This document shows positions 45,239 to 55,790 of a stretch of 64,000 nt of DNA, one piece after another (within the stretch, counting starts at the first letter, position 1; each line of letters opens with the position of its first letter). The notes under the pieces were generated by a model, which saw only the letters and a list, made by a program, of their open reading frames with translations, was not told the DNA's origin and did no database searches. This stretch comes from Candidatus Multivoradales bacterium. Its GTDB lineage: Bacteria > Acidobacteriota > Thermoanaerobaculia > Multivoradales > Multivoraceae. The stretch lies in contig CBDCWI010000002.1 in the NCBI GenBank assembly GCA_965223325.1, positions 1,088,001 to 1,152,000 of the forward strand. The letters run 5' to 3'. Position numbers and translations under genes: made by a program.

Positions 45239-48200
45239 CTAGAAATGGAAGGCCAGGGAGGCCCGCCACTGACGCGGTCGTTGGAACTCACGTCGGACAC
45301 GGAGTGGCTCTCCATAAAGCCCGACGTTGATCTGGTCCTGCTGGTTGGTGACATTCGTGCCCTCAATCCGAACCTGACCGGTGAATTCGCTCCGTATCGG
45401 GAACGTCCACGCAAAACTCATATTGAGATCGTAGTGTGGATCAAGCCTCCGAGTGCCGTTGCGCTCGAGAGGAATGTAGACCGTATTGATCGGATCGTTG
45501 GCACTGGGCGCGGCAATCTGCTCGCCGCGACCCCAGGCGCTCCCATCCTGGTAGTTCAGCATGCCGCCCAGGTTCAAGGAGTGCTTGCCGATGGTCCACA
45601 CCTTGAAGCCGAACGTCTTCCAGATGAAGGGGCGATCGACACCGGAGCCGAAGAACCCATCCCCGGGCCCGACTCCTCCGCCGAGGCCATCACGCCCGGC
45701 GCGGTTGACGGTCGAAATCGGCTGGCCGATGTGCGGCGTGAGGAGCGCGACGCAGTCGACCGGGATGGTGCGCGTCGCCTGGAGCGCCTGACAACCGTCA
45801 ACATGCGCCTGGGTGACGACCTCCTGTAGATCCTGGCCGAAGCTCGAGGAGCTGTTGTCCCACCAGGCCCCGGAACCGGTGGTTTCGAGCTTCGAGAGCG
45901 TCAGGTTGTTGTAGAGCGCCCAGCCATTCGAGAAACGCTTGTTGAGCTGGATCTGAACCGCCTGGTACTCCTTGAACGGGTCCTCGAAGCCTTCGATCAG
46001 GTGCTCGGGCACCACGCCCAGCTCGCGCCAATAGTTGCGGATGTTGTCGACGTTGCTCGACAGGCTGAAGGTCCGCAGGTCGGGATCCCGCTGGGTCGTA
46101 TTCATGATCATGTCGCCCAGTTCCCAGTAGATGCCCTTCAGGTCGACAGCCCAATTGTCCGAGAACTGCCACTCGAACCCGGCGATGATCTCGTCCTTGT
46201 AGTAGGGATCGAGGTCGATGGGTGAGATGACCCCGGCATCGGCGAGGTCGAACTGCTCCCCTGGCCGGAAGGCGCGGAAGAACAGGTTGTAGCCCGGTTC
46301 GCCGCCGCACGCCGGGATGAACAGCACGTCGAGGTTGTCGCAATAGAGGAACTCGTCCGAGGCGTTGTGACCGGCCCACTCGTCGAGCAGCCAGCGGTTG
46401 GTGAACTGCTGGTTGAGCTGCGCGTAGTAACGGCCGACGTTGACGCTCGCCAACATGGTCCCGTCACCCTTGAAGTCGTAGCTCATCGCCAGCCGGGGTT
46501 CTAAGGTCTCCGTGTCAACGACCTTGCGGCGGGTGTCGTTCAAGTTCTCCTGCTGCGAGAAACGTACGCCGGCATTGAAGGTCCACCGATCGCCGATCGT
46601 AAAACGATCACGGACGTAGAGGGTGAGGTTCTCGTTCTCGCTGTCTCCGGTGCCTCGACCAGCCGCGACCAGAGAGTCGGGCTGATAGTTGATCCACAGG
46701 CATGGGCGACCGAAGATCAAAGAGCAGCCGGTCTCGGTCCCGGGTGTCGCGGAGTGGTCGTTGCCGGCGTAGCCCGAGGGGCTCGATGGATCGAAGTTGG
46801 GCCCACTGTAGAAGCCCATCCGCTGAGCATCCTGAATCCACGAGACCTCCTGCCAGTCGACGCCAAACTTGACCTCATGGTTGTCGTTGGCGAACCACGT
46901 CAGAGCAGCGTTGGCCTGGTCGCGCGGGTACTCGTTGAGGCCGAAACCGTTGTCGAGGATCCAGCCGTTGTGCCAGGAGTCGTTGTCCTGGTCGTCGACG
47001 TAGACGCGGAAGTTGTTGCCCGCAAAGTGGCACGCCTGGCCGCCGAGATTCGCGAAGGCGCAGGAGCTGGCCAGGTTCGGGTCGCCGGGATAGCCGTTGG
47101 GGGCACGTTGCTTCGTCAAGATGGCCTGCTCAACATCGAGATCTCCCGTTGCCAACAGCTTGTGCTCGTTTGAAGTCTGGGTGGCGATCTTGGTCTCGAG
47201 AAAGACCGACTGTGAGATGGAGTAGTTCCAGTTGAAGGTGCCCAGATCACCGGACAGAACATGCGGTGTGTGGCCCCACTCATCAGCCTGCGGCGTGTGC
47301 ACGTAGTTTCGCGTCGACGGGCTATCGACCCAGGACGCGGACAGCGAGTGCTTCTCGTGGGGCTGGAAGTTGACCTTGCCAATCTTCGCCTGATACTCCC
47401 AGCTGGTGTCGATCAGGCTGCCGTTGATCAGCTTCTCGAAATTGCCCGTCGAGCTGTCACTGAAGGCAGCGAAGAACCACGCCTTGTCGCGAAAAATCGG
47501 ACCGCCAAGTGAAGCTTCGACACCCTCGGCCGTCTGGTCCTTCTCGATCTGGGTGCGTTTGAAGAAGTCACGCGGAGCAGCACCAAACTCGAGGGTCTCG
47601 AGAACCGGCTGATCCTTGTACTCACCGAACCAGTCGGCGTCAGAATAGATACCGACGAGATCACCGTGAAAAGAATTGGTGCCGGACTTGATGATGACGT
47701 TGGTCGACGAGCCGGTCACGCGACCGTACTCGGCACTCGCACCGCCAGCTTCCATGGTGACCTCGCTGGTGGCGGTGGTCGGAAGGATGACGCGCGAACC
47801 GCCGAGGCGCGCAAAGGTTGTGTCGACACCGTCGATGTAGACGCCCTGGTCGGCGAAGTGAGAGCCATTGACGGAGGGACGCATCTCCTGGATGTCACGG
47901 TTGTCGGCGTCGCTGGTCACACCCGGAAGCATGTTGATGACGCCGTAGTAGGTGCGCGTGGTACCGGCCGCCTCGGCACCGACCTCGGAGGTCACCGACT
48001 GCCCCGCAGTGACGTTGTACTTGTCGACCATCGGCGCCTCGGAGGTGACAGTGATCTCTTCGGAGGTCTCGAGTCGCAGCCTGAAGTCGTACTGACCTTT
48101 ATAGCCCGCGGTGATCGAGGCGTTCGCAGACGCGTCACGGAAGCCGTCGAGGCTAGCGGTGATCACATAGTTGCCGGGGCGCAAAAGGGCGAACCGATAG

Positions 48201-48412
48201 ACCCCGTTCTCATCTGTGACAACCGACTGCTCGCCGCGATCTCCCGCGATGGTAACGATGGCACCTGGAATCAAAGCACCACTGTTGTCGGTCACACGTC
48301 CGGTAGCGACGCCGGTCTCCGGCCCGTCAGCGTGGACTGGAACGCCTCCGATTGTGATGACAAGCAGGGCCACGACAGCGGCGATGAGGAGCTTCATAGG
48401 CGCTCGACTCAT
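45239..48412 (-). CDS. TonB-dependent receptor-like outer-membrane protein (carboxypeptidase-regulatory N-domain, Oar-type)
   Basis: Signal peptide, GRVTD.SGA.IPGA, EEITVTSEAPMVD, SAEYGR..G...NVIIKSGTNSFHG, SLGGPIFRDKAWFF, C-terminal Phe. GGAGGT RBS. Confidence 0.9.
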   Translation of the reverse strand: MSRAPMKLLIAAVVALLVITIGGVPVHADGPETGVATGRVTDNSGALIPGAIVTIAGDRGEQSVVTDENGVYRFALLRPGNYVITASLDGFRDASANASITAGYKGQYDFRLRLETSEEITVTSEAPMVDKYNVTAGQSVTSEVGAEAAGTTRTYYGVINMLPGVTSDADNRDIQEMRPSVNGSHFADQGVYIDGVDTTFARLGGSRVILPTTATSEVTMEAGGASAEYGRVTGSSTNVIIKSGTNSFHGDLVGIYSDADWFGEYKDQPVLETLEFGAAPRDFFKRTQIEKDQTAEGVEASLGGPIFRDKAWFFAAFSDSSTGNFEKLINGSLIDTSWEYQAKIGKVNFQPHEKHSLSASWVDSPSTRNYVHTPQADEWGHTPHVLSGDLGTFNWNYSISQSVFLETKIATQTSNEHKLLATGDLDVEQAILTKQRAPNGYPGDPNLASSCAFANLGGQACHFAGNNFRVYVDDQDNDSWHNGWILDNGFGLNEYPRDQANAALTWFANDNHEVKFGVDWQEVSWIQDAQRMGFYSGPNFDPSSPSGYAGNDHSATPGTETGCSLIFGRPCLWINYQPDSLVAAGRGTGDSENENLTLYVRDRFTIGDRWTFNAGVRFSQQENLNDTRRKVVDTETLEPRLAMSYDFKGDGTMLASVNVGRYYAQLNQQFTNRWLLDEWAGHNASDEFLYCDNLDVLFIPACGGEPGYNLFFRAFRPGEQFDLADAGVISPIDLDPYYKDEIIAGFEWQFSDNWAVDLKGIYWELGDMIMNTTQRDPDLRTFSLSSNVDNIRNYWRELGVVPEHLIEGFEDPFKEYQAVQIQLNKRFSNGWALYNNLTLSKLETTGSGAWWDNSSSSFGQDLQEVVTQAHVDGCQALQATRTIPVDCVALLTPHIGQPISTVNRAGRDGLGGGVGPGDGFFGSGVDRPFIWKTFGFKVWTIGKHSLNLGGMLNYQDGSAWGRGEQIAAPSANDPINTVYIPLERNGTRRLDPHYDLNMSFAWTFPIRSEFTGQVRIEGTNVTNQQDQINVGLYGEPLRVRREFQRPRQWRASLAFHF

Positions 48413-48606
48413 GGGGGACACCTCCTGTTGTAGTCGGGCGCGCCGATCAGGCGACAGCCCGGGTCTCGTGCAGGCGCGTCCTCCACAACGGCTCAATACC
48501 AGAAGGCGGCGGCCTGTATGCAACTGACGATCTTGTTTTCTCCGGTCGCGTCAACGTGGGCGCGGACAAGAGTCACCGGGGAAACGACTTGATATCGGAA
48601 GGTTCT

Positions 48607-48622
48607 TGCACTATACCTGCCA
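48607..48622 (-). promoter_or_regulatory. Candidate sigma-54 (-24/-12) promoter for the TBDR
   Basis: Reverse strand TGGCAGGTATAGTGCA: GG-N10-GC with TGGCA and TGCA boxes. Confidence 0.4.
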
Positions 48623-48693
48623 TTTCCGTCGAGTTGACCGGTCGACCAGTCCGCTGCCCTCCTCCTTCGGCGACGCTACGATAGCCAGACGCC

Positions 48694-50454
48694 ATGGAAA
48701 CCAGAGCGTCGATTACAACTGGGAGAGTCGCCTGGCGACGCGATTCCTGGTTGAGGAACGTCGGCTTGAGCGCCATTCTCGCCCACGGTTGCGTGACAGA
48801 CAGCGAGATCCCCGCCGCGCACACCCCTCCACCGCCTCCCGGCATCACGTTCGAGGAGGTTGCTGCGACGCAGCATCTCGACTTCGTTCACCAAAGCGGC
48901 GCGACGGGGACTTTCCTCTACCCCGAGATCACACAGGGCGGCGGAGCCTTCCTGGATGCCGATGGCGACGGCTTTCTAGACGTGTACCTGGTCCAGGCAG
49001 GACCCCTCAACGCCCGCGGCCCAGAGCGCCCGGCCAATCGACTCTTCCGCAATCGCGGCGACGGCACGTACGAAGATCAAACCGACGCCGCGGGTGTCGG
49101 CGATACCGGATACGGCTCGGGGGTCGCAGCTGCCGACTTCGACCGCGACGGAGACGTCGATCTCTACGTCACCAACCTGGGCCCCAACCGCCTCTACGTC
49201 AACCGCGGCGACGGCACCTTCGATGACCAGACGGCAACTGCGGGAGTTGGCGACCCTGCCTGGTCCACCAGCGCGGCCTTCTTCGACGTTGATGGGGACG
49301 GCGACCTCGACCTCTGGGTGGTGAACTATGTCGAGTGGTCGCTCGAGAACGAGCGCCCCTGCCTGGGCCGAGCAGGCATGCGTTCCTACTGCAACCCAGG
49401 CGAGTACACGCCTTCTAGCGACACCCTCTACCGCAACGACGGTGATGGCACCTTCACCGACATCAGTGGGAAGGCCGGCATCACCGCGCACCCCGCAGCG
49501 GGTCTCGGGATCGTCACGGCCGACTTTGACGGTGACGGCCGGCTCAACGCGTACATCGCCAACGATCAAATGGCCAACCAACTCTGGTTGACGAGCGGCG
49601 ACGGCACCCTGCGCGACGAGGCACTGCTCCTCGGAGCCGCGCTCAACGAGCGCGGTCAGGCTGAGGCTGGGATGGGAGTGGTTGCCGAAGATCCTGACGC
49701 CGACGGCGACATGGATCTGTTCATGGTTCATCTTTCCGGCGAGACCAACACCTACTACCGCAACGAGCAGGGCGGTTTCACCGACGCTACCGACGAACTC
49801 GGCCTGGGAGCGCCCTCCCAGCCATACACCGGCTTCGGCGTGGGCCTTGTCGACTTCGACGGTGACGGCTGGCTCGATGCCTTCGTCGCCAATGGCAAGG
49901 TGAGCCCAGGAACCTCGGTCGAGAACGACTTTCGCGAGCCCAACCAGATTCTGCGCGGCCTGCCCGACGGGACCTTTGAAGATGTCTCGAAGAACGCCGG
50001 CAGAGCAATGGAACTCCTCGAGGTGAGCCGCGCCGCCGTCTTCGGCGACCACGACAACGACGGTGACCTAGACGTGCTGGTGGTCAACAACGACGGCCCG
50101 GTGCGGCTCTACGAGAACCGCGCTCGCCACCCGGGTCAACCCAGCACGCATCACTTCTTGACCCTTGATCTCGATGGCGGGGCGCGCTTCGGCCGAGTAC
50201 CGATCGGGACCCTGGTCAGGGTCGAAGCGGGCGGTCGGCGGCAACATCGCACCGTGCAACCTGCCTGGGGCTACTGCGCCAGCCACGATCCCCGGGTCCA
50301 CTTCGGCCTGGGTACCAGCGAACAGGTCGACCGGGTCTGGGTGCGTTGGCCCGACGGCAGCGAGGAGACCATCAGAGACCTCGTCGCTGACCGCATCGTG
50401 ACCTGGTCGCCGGGAAGTCCGCCGCCCGCAGCTCCGGCGACCGGGGGCCGCTGA
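48694..50454 (+). CDS. CRTAC1-family protein, subtype A (possible lipoprotein)
   Basis: AHGC, DxDxDGD repeats, RPC...SYCNP, ETNTYY, SRAAVFGD, ASHDPRVHFGLG, VRWPDG. Confidence 0.9.
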   Translation: METRASITTGRVAWRRDSWLRNVGLSAILAHGCVTDSEIPAAHTPPPPPGITFEEVAATQHLDFVHQSGATGTFLYPEITQGGGAFLDADGDGFLDVYLVQAGPLNARGPERPANRLFRNRGDGTYEDQTDAAGVGDTGYGSGVAAADFDRDGDVDLYVTNLGPNRLYVNRGDGTFDDQTATAGVGDPAWSTSAAFFDVDGDGDLDLWVVNYVEWSLENERPCLGRAGMRSYCNPGEYTPSSDTLYRNDGDGTFTDISGKAGITAHPAAGLGIVTADFDGDGRLNAYIANDQMANQLWLTSGDGTLRDEALLLGAALNERGQAEAGMGVVAEDPDADGDMDLFMVHLSGETNTYYRNEQGGFTDATDELGLGAPSQPYTGFGVGLVDFDGDGWLDAFVANGKVSPGTSVENDFREPNQILRGLPDGTFEDVSKNAGRAMELLEVSRAAVFGDHDNDGDLDVLVVNNDGPVRLYENRARHPGQPSTHHFLTLDLDGGARFGRVPIGTLVRVEAGGRRQHRTVQPAWGYCASHDPRVHFGLGTSEQVDRVWVRWPDGSEETIRDLVADRIVTWSPGSPPPAAPATGGR

Positions 50455-50456
50455 TC

Positions 50457-51593
50457 GTGCATGCTCATCTCGCCTGGGCGACGCTCGCGGTACTGGGCGC
50501 GACGACGGTCGCCTGCGCGGACAGATCATCGCCGCCAGCGCCGACAGCAGCGCAAAGCTCGCCACAGGAGGAGGGCCTCGCGCTGGCGCCGCTCGCACAG
50601 GCAGCAGGTGAGCTTCCGGCAAGCATTGTCGACCCAGCGGTGGCGCGAGCCCTCGAACGCGCCCGCACCGCCGTTTATGAGCGCCCGGACGACGCCGCGG
50701 CGCACGGAGCCCTGGGTCGTCTCTACCATGCCCACAAACACACCGACCTTGCACGGGCAAGCTACGCCGCAGCCCACCGACTCGCTCCCGAATCTCCAGA
50801 GTGGCCCTACTACCTGGCGCTCTTCGCTCATGATCGCGGCGACCATGGCGAAGCGATCAGCCTCCTCAATGAGGTGATCAGACAGGCGCCTGATCACGCC
50901 CCGGCGTGGCTTCATCGCGCCTCGGCAGCGCTGGCGCTCGGCAACGTCGCGGTGGCGCGACGCGACTTCGCGCACCTCGAGGAACTCGCGCCGGGTGCTC
51001 CCGATGGCGCGATCGGCCTGGCACGGATCGCGATTCGCGAGGGCAACCACCAGCGAGCCGCCGCGCACCTCGAGCGCGCCCTCCAGGTGGCCCCGCGTCA
51101 CCACGAAGCGCTCTATCTTCTGGCGATGACACGTCGCCGCCTCGGAGACGACCGCGCCGCGCGCCGAGTGCTCGCGCGCCTCGAGGGGGCCGTACCAGCC
51201 CCCCTCGACGACCCCTGGCTGGTCAAGGCACTCGAGCAACGTACGGATCTCGAGGAGCGCAACAACACCGCCAATCGGCTGCTCGCCGAAGGCAACATCG
51301 AAGCTGCCGAAGTGCTCTACCGGGAGGTCATCCTCGAGAACCCAGAACACGCCGACGCGCTCTACAATCTGGGTCTTCTTCTAGCGCGCAGCGGCCGATC
51401 CGAGGAAGCGAGCGCGGTCCTCGAACGCGCGCGGGCCGTGCGCGATGGCGCCGACACCAACTTTCTGTTGGCGATGACCTACCTCTCGCTCGGGCAACCG
51501 CAAACGGCCTTCGAGCGCCTCGAGAGCGCGCTTGCCATCGAGCCCGAGCACGCGCTTGCACGCGACCTGATGAAACGGCTCACCGATGACTGA
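50457..51593 (+). CDS. TPR-repeat lipoprotein
   Basis: TVAC lipobox-like, multiple TPRs (WPYYLA, DALYNLG), DPW linker. Confidence 0.85.
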   Translation: MHAHLAWATLAVLGATTVACADRSSPPAPTAAQSSPQEEGLALAPLAQAAGELPASIVDPAVARALERARTAVYERPDDAAAHGALGRLYHAHKHTDLARASYAAAHRLAPESPEWPYYLALFAHDRGDHGEAISLLNEVIRQAPDHAPAWLHRASAALALGNVAVARRDFAHLEELAPGAPDGAIGLARIAIREGNHQRAAAHLERALQVAPRHHEALYLLAMTRRRLGDDRAARRVLARLEGAVPAPLDDPWLVKALEQRTDLEERNNTANRLLAEGNIEAAEVLYREVILENPEHADALYNLGLLLARSGRSEEASAVLERARAVRDGADTNFLLAMTYLSLGQPQTAFERLESALAIEPEHALARDLMKRLTDD

Positions 51594-51607
51594 CAGTCCG
51601 TGCCCCC

Positions 51608-53911
51608 TCAGCCCACCCGCGCTGCAACAAGCTCGCCGCTGCCTTCTAGAAGCCGCACGGACCGGTCCACAGCGACGTTCTCGAACACCTCGGTGACGTC
51701 GCTCGTTGGCCAGTACACCTCGAGGCGTTCGATGCGCGTCGCACGACCCGTACCAATGGTCTGGCGAAGGGGGTTGCAGCCGAAGCTGCCACCGCTCGTC
51801 ACCCATCGGTAGATCGAGCGCCCGGCACCGCCTTCTAGAATGTCGGCGCGAATCCGGGCACCGATCGCTGAGCGGTTCGAACGCACGCCGACGAGCTCGA
51901 CCTCGAGCCAATGGTTCTTGAAACCCGGGTTCTCGAAGAAGGCATCGCGATAGGCATCGCCAGGGAAAGCGCCGCCCATCTGTGCGAAGAGATCGATGTC
52001 TCCGTCGCGATCCCAGTCGCCAAACGCCACACCGTGTCCCTTCTGCAGGTGGCCCACACCGGCCGGCCAGGTCACGTCGCGGAAGCGTTGGCCGGCTTCG
52101 TTGTGGTACAGCACATTCGGCATCAGGCCCTCGTAGTCGGGATAGCCAGTGCCAAGGTAGAAGTCGAGCCAACCATCCGAGTCGATGTCGCCAAAGTTCG
52201 ACCCCATGGGGAGGTGGAGGCGTTCGAGACCGACACGCTGGGCGACGTCGACGAATCGACCTCGGCCGTCACCGCGGTAGAGCCGCGCCGACTCCCAGGG
52301 CACCTCTGCGCCGAAGTAGCTGGCCGCCACCAGGCCAACGCTATCGGCCGAACCACGGTAGCTCGAAACATAGAGGTCAAGGTGGCCGTCACCGTCGTAG
52401 TCCCAGAACCAGGTCGGGAAACTGTTGGCGGGCTCTTTGACACCGGCACGCGTGGCGATGTCCTCGAAGGTTCCGTCGCCACGGTTCCTGAACAGATGGT
52501 TCGCGCCGCCCAGAACCGAAAGGAAGAGATCCGGGTAGCGGTCGCCATCGACATCGCCCCAGACGGCTCCCTTGACGAAAGCGCGCACCGCCACTCCGGC
52601 TTCCTCGGCAATATCGACGAAAGTGCCATCGCCCTGGTTGCGAAACAGCTGGCTCGGGGCTTCGAAGCTCGGCGCCTCGCCACGCAGCCCGGTCGAGCTT
52701 TCGCCATGTTCGTTGCCCACGAACAGGTCGAGATCACCGTCGTTGTCGAAGTCGGCAAAGGCGGCGGTCTGCGTCGGGAAGTGCTCTTCGCCGAGCCCCG
52801 CATCGAAGGTCACGTCGATGAAGCTTGTGCGACCGGGACGCGCTTGATCGGTCTCGTTACGCAGCAGTGAGTTCGGATAGCGACCCGCGGCCTCGAGCCA
52901 GGCGCCGCGCAGCACGAAGAGGTCCAGATCGCCGTCGTTGTCGACGTCTCCACTCACCACGTTGAGCCCACCGTAGAGACCCGCGAGGTTCGCCTCCTCG
53001 CTTCGCTTCTCGAAGCCTTCACCGGTGTTGTGGAAGTACTGCGCCTCGCCGGCTGTATCGAATGTGGTTGTAAACAGGTCCAGCCGGCCGTCGCCGTCGA
53101 GGTCGTCGAGCACCGCACCTCCGGAGAGCCCGAAGGTCGCCACGCCGAGCTCCGGAGCCGCGTTCCTTAGACGTGGGAACGACTCCTGACTGCCGAACAC
53201 CTCGGGTGGGATCCGCTGATCTCTGGCCAACCCGTCTGGATAGGTGCCGAGGGTCATGTGCGCCAGGTTGAGTAGCCACACCGCCTGCAAGTGAAGGAGC
53301 GTACTGCGTGACGTGTTCGCCGCGACCTCTCCAAACACCCGGGTCGCCGCCTCGGCATGCTGGCGTTCGCGGTGCACTCCCGCACCGCGGATCGGCAGGA
53401 TGCAGGCCTCCGCTACGTGCCGATCGACGCAGTTCTCGGTCTCTCCAGCCCGCATGTGCGCTACTCCGAGCCTGAAGGCGGCGACGAGCTGCCGGTCGCT
53501 GTTCGCATCGAGCGCCCCAAAGAGCGCCAATGCCTCCTCGAAACGCGCAATGGCTCTGTCTTCGTTGCCGAGCCGCAGCTCGTGCTCGGCAACTCTGAGG
53601 GTCGCCTCGAAACGCACAGCCGGCGGCGCGTCGGGCGCGAGGGCGTTGTAGCGCGCACGCGCCTCGCGGGCTCTTCGGTCACCGAGCCAGTGGTTCAGCT
53701 CCGCTGTGTCCTGGCGGACCCGGTCGAGGACCGCAAGCATCCGGTCGTGGGACGGCGGCTGAGCGGCCTTCTCCGCAACAGCCGCCTCGGAATGCTGCTC
53801 CGGATCTTGCGGTCCGCTCTGCTCGGAGGTACAACCGATGAGACACCCGAGAAGCGCCAGCCCTCTCAGGCCACAACGGAGAGCAGGTTGCGATCGCGGC
53901 GCGTCCAACAT
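51608..53911 (-). CDS. CRTAC1-family protein with N-terminal TPR-like region, subtype B (lipoprotein)
   Basis: LIGC lipobox, GETENC...CILPIRG.GVH, HLQKGHGV, NRSAIGARI, GSFGCNPLRQ. Paralogue of 42839-45133. Confidence 0.9.
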   Translation of the reverse strand: MLDAPRSQPALRCGLRGLALLGCLIGCTSEQSGPQDPEQHSEAAVAEKAAQPPSHDRMLAVLDRVRQDTAELNHWLGDRRAREARARYNALAPDAPPAVRFEATLRVAEHELRLGNEDRAIARFEEALALFGALDANSDRQLVAAFRLGVAHMRAGETENCVDRHVAEACILPIRGAGVHRERQHAEAATRVFGEVAANTSRSTLLHLQAVWLLNLAHMTLGTYPDGLARDQRIPPEVFGSQESFPRLRNAAPELGVATFGLSGGAVLDDLDGDGRLDLFTTTFDTAGEAQYFHNTGEGFEKRSEEANLAGLYGGLNVVSGDVDNDGDLDLFVLRGAWLEAAGRYPNSLLRNETDQARPGRTSFIDVTFDAGLGEEHFPTQTAAFADFDNDGDLDLFVGNEHGESSTGLRGEAPSFEAPSQLFRNQGDGTFVDIAEEAGVAVRAFVKGAVWGDVDGDRYPDLFLSVLGGANHLFRNRGDGTFEDIATRAGVKEPANSFPTWFWDYDGDGHLDLYVSSYRGSADSVGLVAASYFGAEVPWESARLYRGDGRGRFVDVAQRVGLERLHLPMGSNFGDIDSDGWLDFYLGTGYPDYEGLMPNVLYHNEAGQRFRDVTWPAGVGHLQKGHGVAFGDWDRDGDIDLFAQMGGAFPGDAYRDAFFENPGFKNHWLEVELVGVRSNRSAIGARIRADILEGGAGRSIYRWVTSGGSFGCNPLRQTIGTGRATRIERLEVYWPTSDVTEVFENVAVDRSVRLLEGSGELVAARVG

Positions 53912-53965
53912 GTTCGACAGGATACTCTCGATACGATCGGCTCCCGGCCCCCAGGACGCCCGTCG

Positions 53966-55726
53966 ATGGTGCACTTACTCTTCATCAAGGCAGCGCTTGC
54001 CACAGCGTTCTTTGTTGCGCAGGCGCCGCCCTACGATCTCGAGCAGATTCCGGTTCCCCTGCTCGACGCCTTCGAGGAAGGGGTGCGCGCGCAACTCGAA
54101 GAGGCACGCCAACGCGCCCTCGATAAAGACGCCGAAGGGCTCGCCCGCCTCTGCCTGCTCTACCAGCACTACGAGCTCTTCCAATCCGCTAGGCCCTGCC
54201 TCGAGCAGCTGGCCGAACGCCAGGCCGGCGACGGGCGTTGGCCCTACTACCTGGGCCTTCTCCACGCACGCGAGGGCAGAAACGACCTCGCCGTCGAAGC
54301 GTTCGAGCGCGCGCAGGCCCTGCTGCCAGGGTTCCCCGCCACATCGGTACGTCTCGGCGACCTGCGACTCGCCCAAGGTGACCTCGAGGGTGCCGAGCAT
54401 GCCTATCGTCGTGCGATGAACGACAGAGGCACAAAAGACGCAGCGCGTTTTGGTCTGGCCCGTATTGCGCTCGAACGCGGGAACCCCCGAGGGGCGATCC
54501 GCGACTTGGAAGCCATCCTTCCCACCCAGCCAGCCGGCAGCACGGTCCATCACCATCTCGGCCTGGCGTGGCGGGCCAGCGGCGACCTCGAGCGCGCCCG
54601 CGCCGAGCTGGCGCGCAACCAACATGTTCCGGTGTCGTTCGCCGACTCGTTCGCCGCCGCCCTCACCGCACTCGACGTAAGCCGCGAGGCGATCTTCAAC
54701 CGCGCGGTCGAGGCGTCGCGTCTCGGCCGTCATGAGCAGGCCATCGGTGACTTTCGCGAGCTCCTCACGAAACACCCAGACGACGCCGAGGCGCACTACA
54801 ACCTCGCCCGTGCGCTCGGCGAGATCGGCGACCTCGTCGCGTCGGAGCACCACCTGCGCGAAGCCATCCGCATAAGGCCCACCTTTCGCGACGCCCACTT
54901 CAACCTCGCGGTACTGCTCGGCCGTTCGAAACGCGGCGAGGAGTCGCAGTCGCACCTCGAGCGCGTAGCGACCCTCGACCCCGACTACGCTCCGGCGCAG
55001 ATGCTGTTGGGGCGGACACTTGCCGAACGTGGCGACCTCGGCAGCGCACAGCGCCGTTTCGCTTCGGTTCTAGAGCGCGATCCTGCCCATGCTGAAGCGC
55101 ACTACTGGCTCGCCATGGCCCAGCTGGCCGAGAACGGAGGGGATGCGCTTCGAGCACGGGACGCCGCCGAAGGACATCTTCGCCAGGCACGCCGACTGGC
55201 TCCCGCGTGGCCGCTACCAGTCCGGGCCCTGGCGCAGCTCCTGGCTCGAGGCGGCAACCTGGCCGCCGCCGCGATTGAGTACCAGGCTCTCCTCGAGCTG
55301 TCACCCCTGGAGCCGCCCGCACACCTGGGCCTGGCCCAGGCCCGCATCCTCACCAGCGAGTACCGAGCCGCCATCACCGGTCTCGAAGAGGCCCTGGCCA
55401 GCTCAGACGCCAAGCTCAGCCGTCATCCGCGGCTCTTGGACCTGACCGCGCGGCTCCTCGCCACCTGCCCAGACCCGGCAATCCGCGACGGAGCACGCGC
55501 CGAGATCCTGGCACGGCGCGTCATGGGTGCAGCACCGAATCTCGACGCCGCCGAGACGCTGGCCATGGCCCTGGCTGAACAAGGACGATTCGAGGAGGCA
55601 GTTCAACTGCAGCGCGAGGTCCTCGAGCGTGAACGGCAGTCGCTTGGCCAGCCATCACCTGCTCGGCAGGCACACCTGGCGCGTTACCTCAACGGTGAGC
55701 CGGTGCGAGCCCCGTGGCTGCCCTGA
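53966..55726 (+). CDS. Exported TPR-repeat protein
   Basis: Signal-like N-terminus from ATG 53966, many TPRs (WPYYLG, AHYNLA, AHFNLA), C-terminal LLATCPDPAIRDGARA motif. Confidence 0.85.
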   Translation: MVHLLFIKAALATAFFVAQAPPYDLEQIPVPLLDAFEEGVRAQLEEARQRALDKDAEGLARLCLLYQHYELFQSARPCLEQLAERQAGDGRWPYYLGLLHAREGRNDLAVEAFERAQALLPGFPATSVRLGDLRLAQGDLEGAEHAYRRAMNDRGTKDAARFGLARIALERGNPRGAIRDLEAILPTQPAGSTVHHHLGLAWRASGDLERARAELARNQHVPVSFADSFAAALTALDVSREAIFNRAVEASRLGRHEQAIGDFRELLTKHPDDAEAHYNLARALGEIGDLVASEHHLREAIRIRPTFRDAHFNLAVLLGRSKRGEESQSHLERVATLDPDYAPAQMLLGRTLAERGDLGSAQRRFASVLERDPAHAEAHYWLAMAQLAENGGDALRARDAAEGHLRQARRLAPAWPLPVRALAQLLARGGNLAAAAIEYQALLELSPLEPPAHLGLAQARILTSEYRAAITGLEEALASSDAKLSRHPRLLDLTARLLATCPDPAIRDGARAEILARRVMGAAPNLDAAETLAMALAEQGRFEEAVQLQREVLERERQSLGQPSPARQAHLARYLNGEPVRAPWLP

Positions 55727-55790
55727 CCACATCGAGAACCCTGGCCGCGACGAGTCACTCAGGCCGGTGTTTCGACCGAGGACCGATCCA

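Noticed and set aside
53357-53965. N-terminal 203 aa of the 789-aa ORF
   Set aside because: Antisense overlap with the CRTAC1 gene. The TPR protein more plausibly starts at ATG 53966 with a signal-like segment.
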